Virus record (IMG/VR): IMGVR_UViG_3300046167_000744
Coordinates: 1 to 64,000 of that record
DNA length: 64,000 bases
Reading direction: 5' to 3' (one strand)
Source: a virus
Of this stretch, positions 9,917-19,800 are shown piece after piece. How positions within the stretch are numbered: position 1 is the first letter of the stretch; each line of letters begins with the position of its first letter. Below the pieces are notes generated by a model, which saw nothing but the letters and a program-made list of their open reading frames with translations, was not told where the DNA came from and did not search any database. The translations under genes and the position numbers were made by a program.

Positions 9917-10468
9917 TCATATCCCGTAAGCCTGTATTAGCGTATAAGGATACGGGAAATTAGGTGCAGACTCTCGGAACACCTCATCATAGGCGGCCTC
10001 TATAGTTGCTATCTGCGTGATCTGATCCATCTCACCATCCGTGATGAGCGCCACGATCTCATCCATAGGATTAGTCAACATGTTGCATAGTAGATTCAGT
10101 GCAGGTGTGCTGAAGATCAGACAGAGGTAGTTACGCTTAGCTATGGGGCAACACTCGTTCAGTATAGATAGAGGATAGCCTACTAGCCTGGTAGTGGCTG
10201 CGTTTAAGATGTTCTGCGAGAAGCAGTAGCTGCTCTCTACATCCCAGCCTACTACATCTAAGAGCATACGTGGCATCTCAACTCGCACTATAGAGAGTAG
10301 TTGGACTACAGGAGCTATACGAGTGTTAGATAGGTGACGCATATCCTCACTCAGCATCTCAACAGCCTGGAGCTTCATCTCTACTAGCTCTCTTGAGTCT
10401 GCGTAATCTACAACGGGATAAGCATAACGGTAATCGAAGTCTTCTCTGAATGGCTCTGTAGGGTCCAT
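9917..10468 (-). CDS. Hypothetical protein
   Basis: 183-aa ORF with GAGGAG RBS. Confidence 0.75.
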   Translation of the reverse strand: MDPTEPFREDFDYRYAYPVVDYADSRELVEMKLQAVEMLSEDMRHLSNTRIAPVVQLLSIVRVEMPRMLLDVVGWDVESSYCFSQNILNAATTRLVGYPLSILNECCPIAKRNYLCLIFSTPALNLLCNMLTNPMDEIVALITDGEMDQITQIATIEAAYDEVFRESAPNFPYPYTLIQAYGI

Positions 10469-10479
10469 AATATCTCCTC

Positions 10480-10689
10480 TGCCAAAGTTAGGTCAAAACA
10501 CTGACCGCTCTCCAACATATATAGTTTATCTAGGTGTCTTAGGTAAAGGTATATTACAACTATATATACTCTCTAGCAAGTTTCATTTTTTAGTAAGTTT
10601 GGCATTTAGGTCTTTTTGTGTAGTTAGATCAAGGACTTAGAGTCTGCCACTAGGCTGCCACCTGCCAAGAAGATTCGTGGTTAGAACAC
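10480..10689. other. Origin-like element A (AT-rich core between inverted boxes, IHF site, TGCCA repeats)
   Basis: TGCCAAAGTTA 10480, TATATA-rich core, TAAGTTTGGCA ending 10604, ATCAAGGACTTA 10628-10639, three CTGCCA at 10644-10667. Confidence 0.65.
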
Positions 10690-10881
10690 TAGTGGATAGC
10701 TCACTAGCTCCACTAGCATAGGTTAGAACACTAGTGGATAGCTCACTAGTGGCTCTAGGTTAGTGACACTAGTGGATAGTCCAGTAGCTCACTAGCAAGG
10801 TTAGTGACACTAGTGGATAGCCCACTAGCTCCACTAGCTTTAAGTTAGAACACTAGTGGATAGTCCAGTAGCTCCACTAGT
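10679..10881 (+). repeat. Tandem array A: 5 units of ~37-44 bp
   Basis: Units start at 10679, 10721, 10758, 10799 and 10843; consensus GTTAG(AA/TGA)CACTAGTGGATAGYYCASTAGCTCCACTAG. Confidence 0.95.
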
Positions 10882-10901
10882 CTATCACCAGGTATATAGA
10901 C

Positions 10902-10930
10902 TTGAAGAGCCTCGGTAGATATGATAAGAT
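10902..10930 (+). promoter_or_regulatory. Sigma70-like promoter of the rightward operon
   Basis: TTGAAG-17 nt-TAAGAT with a TGn extension. Confidence 0.5.
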
Positions 10931-10967
10931 ACAAGTATCTTAAACCCATTAACGAAAGAAAAGCAAA

Positions 10968-11204
10968 ATGACAGATGTTCAAATACATTCACTCGTTCTA
11001 TCGCTAGAGATAATCAAGGTCCTTATGGCTGACACTCCAGGGATCTACGCTGATATGGAACACGCCGCACTCACTCATGTATTCAGAGCAGGTGAGCAAC
11101 GTCAACTATCCATGTCTGAACTCACTAACTTGCTAAGATGCACAGCTCAAGAGACAGCTGATAAAATGGCAGCAGTTAGAGTTAGGCTGAATCATGAGAG
11201 CTAA
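10968..11204 (+). CDS. Small hypothetical protein, possibly helix-turn-helix
   Basis: 78 aa, overlaps the nuclease gene start; LSMSELTNLLRCTAQETA. Confidence 0.6.
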   Translation: MTDVQIHSLVLSLEIIKVLMADTPGIYADMEHAALTHVFRAGEQRQLSMSELTNLLRCTAQETADKMAAVRVRLNHES

Positions 11205-12333
11205 ACCAGCTAAACTTAAACACGTCTCAGCATCCTCCATCGGCCTGTTCGATAGATGCCAGACCCGATGGTATTACACCTATCTATTAGGCATGCGTGG
11301 CAAGACTACAGATGCGATGACTAGAGGTAGCCGTGTGCATGAGCAACTTGAGAAGTATCTTAAGGATGGGACCAAGCCTGAAGTGAAGACCACCTCTGGA
11401 CTTATAGCGGCTCAAGGATTGGAGCATATACCTAGCCCGAAGAAGTTTACGAAGAAGGAAAATAAGGTAGAGGCCAGCCTGGCTGAATACCCCGTGCCTA
11501 ACCTACCGATTCCGTTCAAAGGCTTTATCGACTACCTAGTAGTTGACACTGACGACGGTATCATCGAAGTAGGGGATCATAAGACAACCTCTGGCTGGAA
11601 GTGGATCAAGACTGAAGAGGAGTTACGAGAGAATACTCAGCTCGTGATCTACGCTCGCCACGTCTTAGAACACTATCCTGATGCAACTGATATCAGACTG
11701 ACACATGTATACTATCTAACTAGACCGCCTCATAGCTCACGCAAGGTCACGGTAGTTGTGAGTAGACAGCATGTATACGATGAGTTTGATAAGGTTCTAG
11801 CCGCTGCCCATAAGATGATCGAGGCAGCATCCAATACACTTGACCACGCCGACAAAAATAAAGCAGACTGTTTCGCCTACGGCAAACGCTGCACCCAGTA
11901 TGATGAGTGCTGGCACACCATTAACCATACGGAGAAACTACCTATGAGCAATAAGCAAGAAGATATCCTGGCCTTCCTTAGAGGCGAATCGGTCCCACCT
12001 GCACCTGTAGCAGCGGAGCCTGAACCTGTTGTTTCTGAGACTGAGGTTATCAATGAGGCTGTTACTGTATATATAGGGTGTAAACCGCTCTATGGTGAGT
12101 GCAAGTCTCTGATTGATGCGCTCGCACCTCTTATGGCAGAGGTCTGCAGTGATAAGAACGTGAGCCACATCGGGTTCGTTCCATACGCTCAAGGTTGGGA
12201 TATGTTAGCTGCGAAGCTAAGCGCTCAGGGACTTCCCAACGGGGCCTACTATGTGCCTTCGTTCAGTAATGTAGCTCAGCGACTGAGCGACACTCTAGTT
12301 ACAGTAGCTAACCAGGTGGTGATTGCAGGTTAA
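11194..12333 (+). CDS. PD-(D/E)XK exonuclease (RecB/Cas4-like, probable Fe-S)
   Basis: SASSI..FDRC..RW, RGSRVH, FKGFIDYL, VGDHKT, QLVIYA, C-terminal CFAYGKRCTQYDEC. Confidence 0.85.
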   Translation: MRAKPAKLKHVSASSIGLFDRCQTRWYYTYLLGMRGKTTDAMTRGSRVHEQLEKYLKDGTKPEVKTTSGLIAAQGLEHIPSPKKFTKKENKVEASLAEYPVPNLPIPFKGFIDYLVVDTDDGIIEVGDHKTTSGWKWIKTEEELRENTQLVIYARHVLEHYPDATDIRLTHVYYLTRPPHSSRKVTVVVSRQHVYDEFDKVLAAAHKMIEAASNTLDHADKNKADCFAYGKRCTQYDECWHTINHTEKLPMSNKQEDILAFLRGESVPPAPVAAEPEPVVSETEVINEAVTVYIGCKPLYGECKSLIDALAPLMAEVCSDKNVSHIGFVPYAQGWDMLAAKLSAQGLPNGAYYVPSFSNVAQRLSDTLVTVANQVVIAG

Positions 12334-12386
12334 GACCTACTATGTTATACTGTGCTTATACTTATAGACTAAGGAAAGCACGGTAA

Positions 12387-14093
12387 ATGAACGATCAACT
12401 AAAGCATCTCTTCGGAGAAGTAACACCTGAAACAAAAGAGAAGCCTGTAGAGGTATCCGAGCCTGTTAGGATCAAGAGCCTACCTACTTATAACTACACT
12501 CCTGAAGACCTGACGGATCAGCTAAAGACTCCTGAAGGCTTTATGAGCTTAAGACCGCTACAGAATCAGGCGCTCGTTGAGTGTCGTGACGCTAAAGGCG
12601 GAGTCCTACTACTAGGTTGTGGTGTCGGCAAGACACTCGTCTCGTATCTATTGCCAGTAGTTATGAAGGCTAAACAGCCTCTGCTCCTGGTCCCTGCTTC
12701 ACTAGTGGATAAGACTAGAGCTGAGTTCCATAGCTACTCTACCAACTTTAAGATTACGCTACCCACTATATTATCTTATGAGAAGCTATCACGCCGAACC
12801 GCTCAGCAGTTCCTCACACAACTAAAGCCAGACTTAATAATCTGCGATGAGGCTCACCACCTCAAGAGTATGGACTCGACACGCACTTCTCGACTTGGCA
12901 AGTATCTAGTGAATCACCCTAAGTGCAACCTGGTGGTGATGAGCGGAACACTATTTAATAAGAGCGTCGCCGACTTCGCACACCTAGCGGATTGGGCGTT
13001 AGAAGAAGGCTCACCTGTCCCTAATAATCATAGAGACGTAGAGGTGTTCGATCTAGTCCTAACAGGTGAGGCGAATGGATATCAGTATGGCCAGTTTGAG
13101 CCTATGATGGAGTGGGGCCAATCAGCTCGTGAAGCGGTGTATCAACGAATGAAGGCTACTAAAGGCGTGGTGCTTACCACTGACGAAGCCGTGCCTTCAG
13201 CTCTACGCTTGATTAAGATGGAGGGTAAAGTCCCTAAAGAACTCCAGGACGGGATCAATCAATGCTTTGAGTCTGGAGTTATGAGTGAGGTGCTTACAGG
13301 GATGGAGATCGACTTCGATATAAACACCATCAATGCGAGCCAGCATTTGTGGGACGATACAGATCAGTTTGCGTTAAGAGCTTTAGGTCAAATGGTGAGC
13401 GGCTGTCTCTACTTTTGGGAGTGGCCTAATCATACACCTGATGATGAGTGGTTACTTGCTCGTAAAGATTGGCGACGGGCGGTGCGTATTATAAGGGAGA
13501 TGGATCTAGAAGACTACGACTCACCTCATATAATAGAGACTGAGTTCCATCAGTTACCGCCAGATATAGTGAGTGTATTCGAGGGTTCCTACTCCAAGTG
13601 GCAGGCGGTTAAACATCGACCAGCGCCACCTAGAGATAGTGTTTGGGTATCTGATTATATGATTAACTATGTAGCTAACTGGAAAGAAGAGCAGACGCTG
13701 CCGTATATAATATGGGTAGATGGTGTGGAGGTTGGTAATAAGTTGAGCAGTAGATTAAATATACCGTATTATGGAGCAGGGGCGAGCCTCCCTACTATTG
13801 CGGAACCGTGTATTATGTCGATACGATCTCATGGCACTGGTAAGAATCTACAGGCGTGGAGCGTTAATCTAGTATTCGCAGCTCTAGCGGATCCAGCCAC
13901 TTGGGAGCAGATGATTGCTAGAACGCATAGAGCAGGACAGCTCGCTGACGAAGTATTAGTATATACTTTCACTCACTCAATCTTCGGATCTAGTTTTGGT
14001 AAAGCGTATAAGCAGAGCAAAGTTATATCCGACACTACGGGACAGCCGCAGCGTTTAGTTTACGCAGATAAGCTATCCAGGAGATTATCATGA
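12387..14093 (+). CDS. SF2 (SNF2-like) helicase
   Basis: LRPLQ, GCGVGKT, IICDEAHHLK, MSGT, GKNLQ, EQMIARTHRAGQ. Confidence 0.9.
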   Translation: MNDQLKHLFGEVTPETKEKPVEVSEPVRIKSLPTYNYTPEDLTDQLKTPEGFMSLRPLQNQALVECRDAKGGVLLLGCGVGKTLVSYLLPVVMKAKQPLLLVPASLVDKTRAEFHSYSTNFKITLPTILSYEKLSRRTAQQFLTQLKPDLIICDEAHHLKSMDSTRTSRLGKYLVNHPKCNLVVMSGTLFNKSVADFAHLADWALEEGSPVPNNHRDVEVFDLVLTGEANGYQYGQFEPMMEWGQSAREAVYQRMKATKGVVLTTDEAVPSALRLIKMEGKVPKELQDGINQCFESGVMSEVLTGMEIDFDINTINASQHLWDDTDQFALRALGQMVSGCLYFWEWPNHTPDDEWLLARKDWRRAVRIIREMDLEDYDSPHIIETEFHQLPPDIVSVFEGSYSKWQAVKHRPAPPRDSVWVSDYMINYVANWKEEQTLPYIIWVDGVEVGNKLSSRLNIPYYGAGASLPTIAEPCIMSIRSHGTGKNLQAWSVNLVFAALADPATWEQMIARTHRAGQLADEVLVYTFTHSIFGSSFGKAYKQSKVISDTTGQPQRLVYADKLSRRLS

Positions 14094-14749
14094 AAGATTT
14101 AATAGGCGATAAGGTATACGTGCCTGGCGAAGAGCCTATGGAGATAGCTGTTAGCGACTCCGAGGTAATATCTAGTGGTCGGGACCTTCAGGTTATGGTG
14201 CATCACGATATCCTCAGAGGCCTGGATATACCAAATAAAAGAACAGGCGCTCTAGATCCTATAGATAAGGAGCGTTGGTTAGTTGTGGTAGAGACACTGA
14301 TGCAGCGAGGCACTAAGAGTGTATCGCAGCTCCGAGACTATACAGGTCTGACACAACAACGAGCTACCAGGTTTATCCAAGAGGTTCGGGACCGATGGGC
14401 CAACTCCCTAACAATGGGACAGGTTAACTCTAGGCGTGAGCAGCTCTATTTAGAGTGTGAGCGTGTCAAGGAGGAGTGCTGGCGACAGTATCACCTAGTT
14501 GATAGTGAAATGGCTAAGCTAGCCTTTATGAAGATGATTATAGATGCTGGTAAGCGTCAATCGTCCTTGATAGGTGCCGAGCGCATTAACGTCAATGTAG
14601 AGTCTAAGGTGGCAGGCCATAAGACCGCTGAAGAGATGGAGGCTGAAGTAGCTGGCCAACTATCTATATCTGTAGATCAATTTAGCGTGATGGGCGAGAT
14701 GTTATCTAAGCAGATAACCACACTCAGGAAGGATCATAACGATGAGTAA
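14090..14749 (+). CDS. Probable terminase small subunit
   Basis: HTH-like segment plus helical C-terminus; immediately upstream of and overlapping TerL. Confidence 0.55.
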   Translation: MKDLIGDKVYVPGEEPMEIAVSDSEVISSGRDLQVMVHHDILRGLDIPNKRTGALDPIDKERWLVVVETLMQRGTKSVSQLRDYTGLTQQRATRFIQEVRDRWANSLTMGQVNSRREQLYLECERVKEECWRQYHLVDSEMAKLAFMKMIIDAGKRQSSLIGAERINVNVESKVAGHKTAEEMEAEVAGQLSISVDQFSVMGEMLSKQITTLRKDHNDE

Positions 14750-16421
14750 TGTAGATATTAAAAAACTAATGCTGACGAAGGAAGGTAGGAGGCTGTTATC
14801 TATTCACAGCCCTATGTTCTTCGCCACCTATTATCTAGGTTATGATTATGCGAAGCATCAAGATGATTGGCTAAACGAGTGTGAGATACATACCAAAGAC
14901 GCTAAAGCTAAGAACGCTAAGAAGAAGATGTTGCTCCTGGCCCCTCGTGACCACGGTAAATCATTCTTAAGTATAGCGTATACCGTTCGTCGCCTATGTA
15001 TAGATCGTAACGCAAAGATCTTATGGATTAGTGCGAGTTCAGGCCAGGCCGAGAAGCGTGTCCGTATGGTTAAGCAGTTTCTCAATGATCCCAAGATTAT
15101 AGCGGATTGGGCAAGTGACGATCTACCTCCATTCAAGGATGCTGAAACTAAGTGGGTATCAACTCAGATCTATATCGTGCGACCTGATGAGAGTGTTGAT
15201 CCTTCAGTAGAAGCTACTGGCTGTGGTGGATCTATAACAGGCGGTCACGTTGATGTTATCATCATGGACGACCTTGAAGATGATAAGACCGTATATTCCT
15301 CATCAGTGCGAGAGAAGACTCGTGACTGGTTAAGAGGCACGGTTCAGCCTATGCTTAATCGTAACGGCTTTATGTTGGTGGTAGGCACTCGCAAACACTT
15401 TGATGATGTATACGCTCATATGATTAAGGACCCTACGTTCATAGTGATGAATGATCCAGCTATATCGCAGATGCCTGAGAGTTACACTTTTGATATGGCG
15501 ATGGATCGAGATGGTAGAGATATCATTCAGAATGTTGTGGTTAACGGACCCTCCAAAGTCTTATGGCCTCAAGAGCGCCCTATCGAGTATCTACTCAAAG
15601 AGAAACAGGCTGTAGGCGGTCTACTCTTCGCTCGTGAGTTTATGAACCAGGTTCAGTCTGATGATGCCGCAGCCTTCAAGTGGGAATGGCTCGATAAGGC
15701 TAAAGAGCGAGGTCAACATCTAGCTCTAGGTGAGCTGCCTCCCTTCGATGAACTCCAAGTGGTTCAAGGCTGGGACCTTGCACTTATCACTGACGCTAAG
15801 AAAGCTGAAGACCAGGACGGTGACTACACCGTAGGGACGACCTGGGGCAAGGATCAGGATGGGAATAGGTATTTATTATCAATGGTTAGGTTCAGAGGTG
15901 TATCCCCTAATGAGCTGCAGCGTAGAGTGGTGCAAGAGTATGAGCGGTTTAAACAGTTCGTCACTTGCGTGATGATAGAGAAGAATGCTTTTGGTCAACT
16001 CCATCTACTTGAACTACAGAAGAAGACTGATCTACCCTTGAAGCAACACCTCACTACCGCTGGAGCTAAGTCTTCACCCTGGACAGGGGTTCCTGCCTTA
16101 TCCGCCTTATTTGAGAATGGTAAGATTACACTGCCTTACGCAGATCAGGAGAGTAAAGATATTGTAGACGTGTTATGCCAGGAGCTTTATGGGCTAGGTA
16201 AAGAGAAACACGATGACACTGCTATGAGCTTATGGATAGCTGAAACGGCTATGCGTGATGCGTCTTTCCAATATGCGGTAAGTTTCGGAGATGATATAGA
16301 GTATGATATGTTTGGCAATCTGACTAGCCCTGGCCAAGATGAGGGAAGCTACAATGAAGCGGCTGACCGTAAACACCTATCAGGCCTCTGGAGTAACTTT
16401 GATTGGTATAAAGAACATTAA
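14742..16421 (+). CDS. terL: Terminase large subunit
   Basis: LAPRDHGKS Walker A, TGGHVDVIIMDD Walker B, VVGTR, GWDLA, DYTVG, IEKNAFG, KHDDTAMS. Confidence 0.95.
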   Translation: MSNVDIKKLMLTKEGRRLLSIHSPMFFATYYLGYDYAKHQDDWLNECEIHTKDAKAKNAKKKMLLLAPRDHGKSFLSIAYTVRRLCIDRNAKILWISASSGQAEKRVRMVKQFLNDPKIIADWASDDLPPFKDAETKWVSTQIYIVRPDESVDPSVEATGCGGSITGGHVDVIIMDDLEDDKTVYSSSVREKTRDWLRGTVQPMLNRNGFMLVVGTRKHFDDVYAHMIKDPTFIVMNDPAISQMPESYTFDMAMDRDGRDIIQNVVVNGPSKVLWPQERPIEYLLKEKQAVGGLLFAREFMNQVQSDDAAAFKWEWLDKAKERGQHLALGELPPFDELQVVQGWDLALITDAKKAEDQDGDYTVGTTWGKDQDGNRYLLSMVRFRGVSPNELQRRVVQEYERFKQFVTCVMIEKNAFGQLHLLELQKKTDLPLKQHLTTAGAKSSPWTGVPALSALFENGKITLPYADQESKDIVDVLCQELYGLGKEKHDDTAMSLWIAETAMRDASFQYAVSFGDDIEYDMFGNLTSPGQDEGSYNEAADRKHLSGLWSNFDWYKEH

Positions 16422-16485
16422 GGTGAAGTATAGGGCTGTTGATGTTATCATATACCCACTCAACACTTATAATTAGGAGTTCATC

Positions 16486-16812
16486 ATGGCAGATCATAAA
16501 ACCGTAGTTGTGGAGTCTGGCGGCGACACAGTATTCTTAACTAAAGCCAATCTAGGCTTCTCACCAGCTGATACGCACCGTAACTTCCAAATCTCGGTTC
16601 ATAACTTAGATGGTGGAACTTATACAGTGTCCTACTATCCCGTAAACTGCAGCCACTTGATTGAGTTTCAAGATAATGCGCCTGAGTCTGCAGCGGTAGT
16701 AGCCTCTCAAACTATCGACTTCCTATACTCAGGCTTGGTTATATCTTTCAATAACCTGGGTGCAGGAGCTGCCCCGAAGGTCCATGCAACATTCTGGCCT
16801 CGTGGTCTATAA
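16486..16812 (+). CDS. Hypothetical beta-rich protein, possibly virion
   Basis: 108 aa with AGGAG RBS, first gene of the fibre operon. Confidence 0.7.
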   Translation: MADHKTVVVESGGDTVFLTKANLGFSPADTHRNFQISVHNLDGGTYTVSYYPVNCSHLIEFQDNAPESAAVVASQTIDFLYSGLVISFNNLGAGAAPKVHATFWPRGL

Positions 16813-16823
16813 GGAGTTAAACT

Positions 16824-19800
16824 ATGGCTATTTTATCAGGTGATGACGCAACCACCAAGGAGCCAGGACTCGTCAGACTTGCTAGGGTCGATGAGACTTT
16901 AGCAGGTGTAAGTGAGTCCATTGCTACCACGCCTCTAGGTGTGGCTTCCTATGTTGCCCAACTTATAGGAGCGGCCCCTGCTGCCCTTAACACTTTACAA
17001 GAGCTAGCTGAAGCTATCCAGGGTGACGACGACTTCTACGTCCGTGTCCAAACCCTAGAGGCTACAGCTACATCACACGGCACACGCCTCACCTCTGCTG
17101 AAGGTGATATCGCAGTATTGCAAGCGGATCTCAATACCGCCGAGTCTAGCATCTCGACTTTACAGTCGGGCGTTAGCGGTAACGATACTGATATCGCTGG
17201 CATCCTAACCAGGTTGACCGCAGCCGAAGGTGATATTGACGACCTGGAAGCACATACCCATATTGATGGTGGGGGATCTAGCACAGCGCTCCAAGATGAG
17301 GTCGATGATATAGAGGCTGGTGTAGGGCTTGCAACTGACGGATCATACGCTTCACGCAGCGGCTCTAACTATATCGACTCAGCCTCATCTATCGCAGGTG
17401 AGATCGGTCTACTCGATACGCAGGTTAAGAGTAACGCAGATGCTATCTCTTCACTTCAATCAGGTGGCTCAGGTAGCTCCGCTAACCAAGACGAAGTTGA
17501 TGATATTGAATCATCAGTCGGGTTAGATGCTGACGGTAACTATGTATCCAGGTCTGGAACTAACTACCTCGATAGCGCCTCATCCATTGTAGGTGAGATC
17601 GGACTACTCGACGCTCAAGCTAAGATTAGCGCTGACGCTATAGCGAGTAACGATAGTGATATCGCATCTATACAGAGCGACGTGAGCGCAGCTCAATCAG
17701 ATATCTCAACGAACGCATCAGGTATAAGCAGTAATAGCTCTGCTATTTCTACACTTAACTCACTAGCTGATTCTCATGAGGCATCTATCGGACTCAGTTC
17801 TGCAGGGGCCTACGTCACGAGATCAGGTAGTAACTACCTCGACAGTGCATCTAGTATTGTAGGTGAGATCAGCGCTCTCGATACGCAGGTTAAGGCCAAT
17901 GCGGATTCAGCAGCAGCTAACTCTAGCGCAATCTCTTCTAACGATAGCGATATCGCTGGCATCCTAACCAGGCTGACAACAGCCGAAGGTGAGATTGACG
18001 CTCTAGAGATTGAAGCTCATGATGATACCCAAGTAGAACTCGACGCTACTCAAGCTGGAGCTGGACTCGATGCTGATGGAGGCTATACCGCCGATGCAAC
18101 TAGTAACTACTTAACCTCTGCCTCTTCACTGAAGGACGCAGACGATAAGCTAGATGCTCAGATCAAGAGTAATGCGGATAGTATCACTAGCCTTCAAAGC
18201 TCGGTATCATCTACTCAAAGCGATTTGGATACAGCTGAAAGTGCGATCACTAGTTTACAAAGCGATGTAGCTGGTAACGATAGCGATATCAGTGGCTTAG
18301 CGGCACGTATGTCAACGGCTGAAGGTGATATCACCCAGCTTGAGACTGACGTTGCAGGTAACGATAGTGATATAGCGACCAACTTGGCAGCTATACAGAG
18401 TAACGATAGTGATATCACGGCGTTGCAGGGGCGCATGTCAACAGCTGAGTCTGATATAGACACAGTAGAGTTGAGCGTTGCAGGTAAAGCTGATGGTAGC
18501 CTGGTGGATACCATTGAGGCATCTATCGGTATTAGTGCGGATGGGACCTTCTCAGCTAACTCCAGCTCTAACTACTTAGGATCTGCATCTAGTGTCCGTG
18601 GTGAGATCAACGCACTCGACACTCAAGCGAAGGCTAATGCTGACTCTATTGATGCAAACGATACGGATATCCTCGCCATACTGACCACGGTCTCAGGGCA
18701 TTCTACTTCAATCGCAGCTAACAGTAGTGCGATCAGCTCTAACGATTCAGATATCGCTACCAACGTAGCTTCCATCTCGACTCTACAGAGTGAAGTAGAT
18801 GCAGCTCAAGTCGGTGCTGGATTAGATTCTGATGGAGGCTATACAGCTGACTCATCTAGCAACTACCTCACGGCAGCCTCTTCACTGAAGGATGCTGACG
18901 ATAAGCTAGACGCTCAGATCAAGAGCCTATCTGATGATATAGACGCTATCACTTCAGGCACTAGCGGATCAGCTTCACTAGCTACCATCCAGGCCGAGGT
19001 CAATGCGACTCAGGCAGGTGCAGGTCTTGATCCCGACGGCGACTATACAGCTGACTCATCTAGTAACTACTTAGCATCAGCTACCTCCTTGCTCGATGCA
19101 GACGATAAGCTAGACGCTCAGATCAAGGTCAACGCAGACGCAATCGCTTCTAACGACTCAGATATCTCAGCTCTTCAAAGCTCTGTATCAGGTAATGATA
19201 GTGATATCAGTAGTTTACAAAGTTCTGTAGCGAGTAACTCTAGTGCGGTCTCCTCTAACGATAGTGATATCGCTAACCTCCAGGCGCTCGCCAATACGCA
19301 CGAAGCCTCTATAGGTCTAGAGGCTGACGGTTCCTTAGCTGCGTTTACGAACAAGCCTATCATCGCATCTGATACATCTATCAGAGCAGCGGTCGAAGGC
19401 ATTGTAGATTATGTAGGTGAAGCATCTATTTCAGGGACGCTATCGGCCAACCTGGTAACTGCTCAAGCAAGCATCAGCACTAACGCAACTAACATCAGTG
19501 GTAACGACTCAGATATCTCAGCGCTCCAAGCGTCAATGTCTGCAGCCGAGTCTGATATTGATGATCTTGAGACCTTAACAGTCTCTCACACATCAAGCAT
19601 CGCATCGAATGCGGCTAACATCGCATCAAACGATACTGATATAGCGGCTAACCTAGCGTCAATACAGAGTAACGACACTGATATAGCTTCTAACCTAGCG
19701 GCGATCCAGGGTAACGATAGCGATATTGCTGGACTATTGACCCGTATGAATACTGCAGAGTCAAACATAGGCTCTAATGATACGGATATATCTAACATCA

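Noticed and set aside
10679-12333. CRISPR-like (or TIGR-like) array next to a Cas4-like nuclease
   Set aside because: Units abut with only ~2-10 variable nt and no unique spacers; variants recur between loci; no cas or Nop-domain gene. The nuclease fits a common phage recombination exonuclease.
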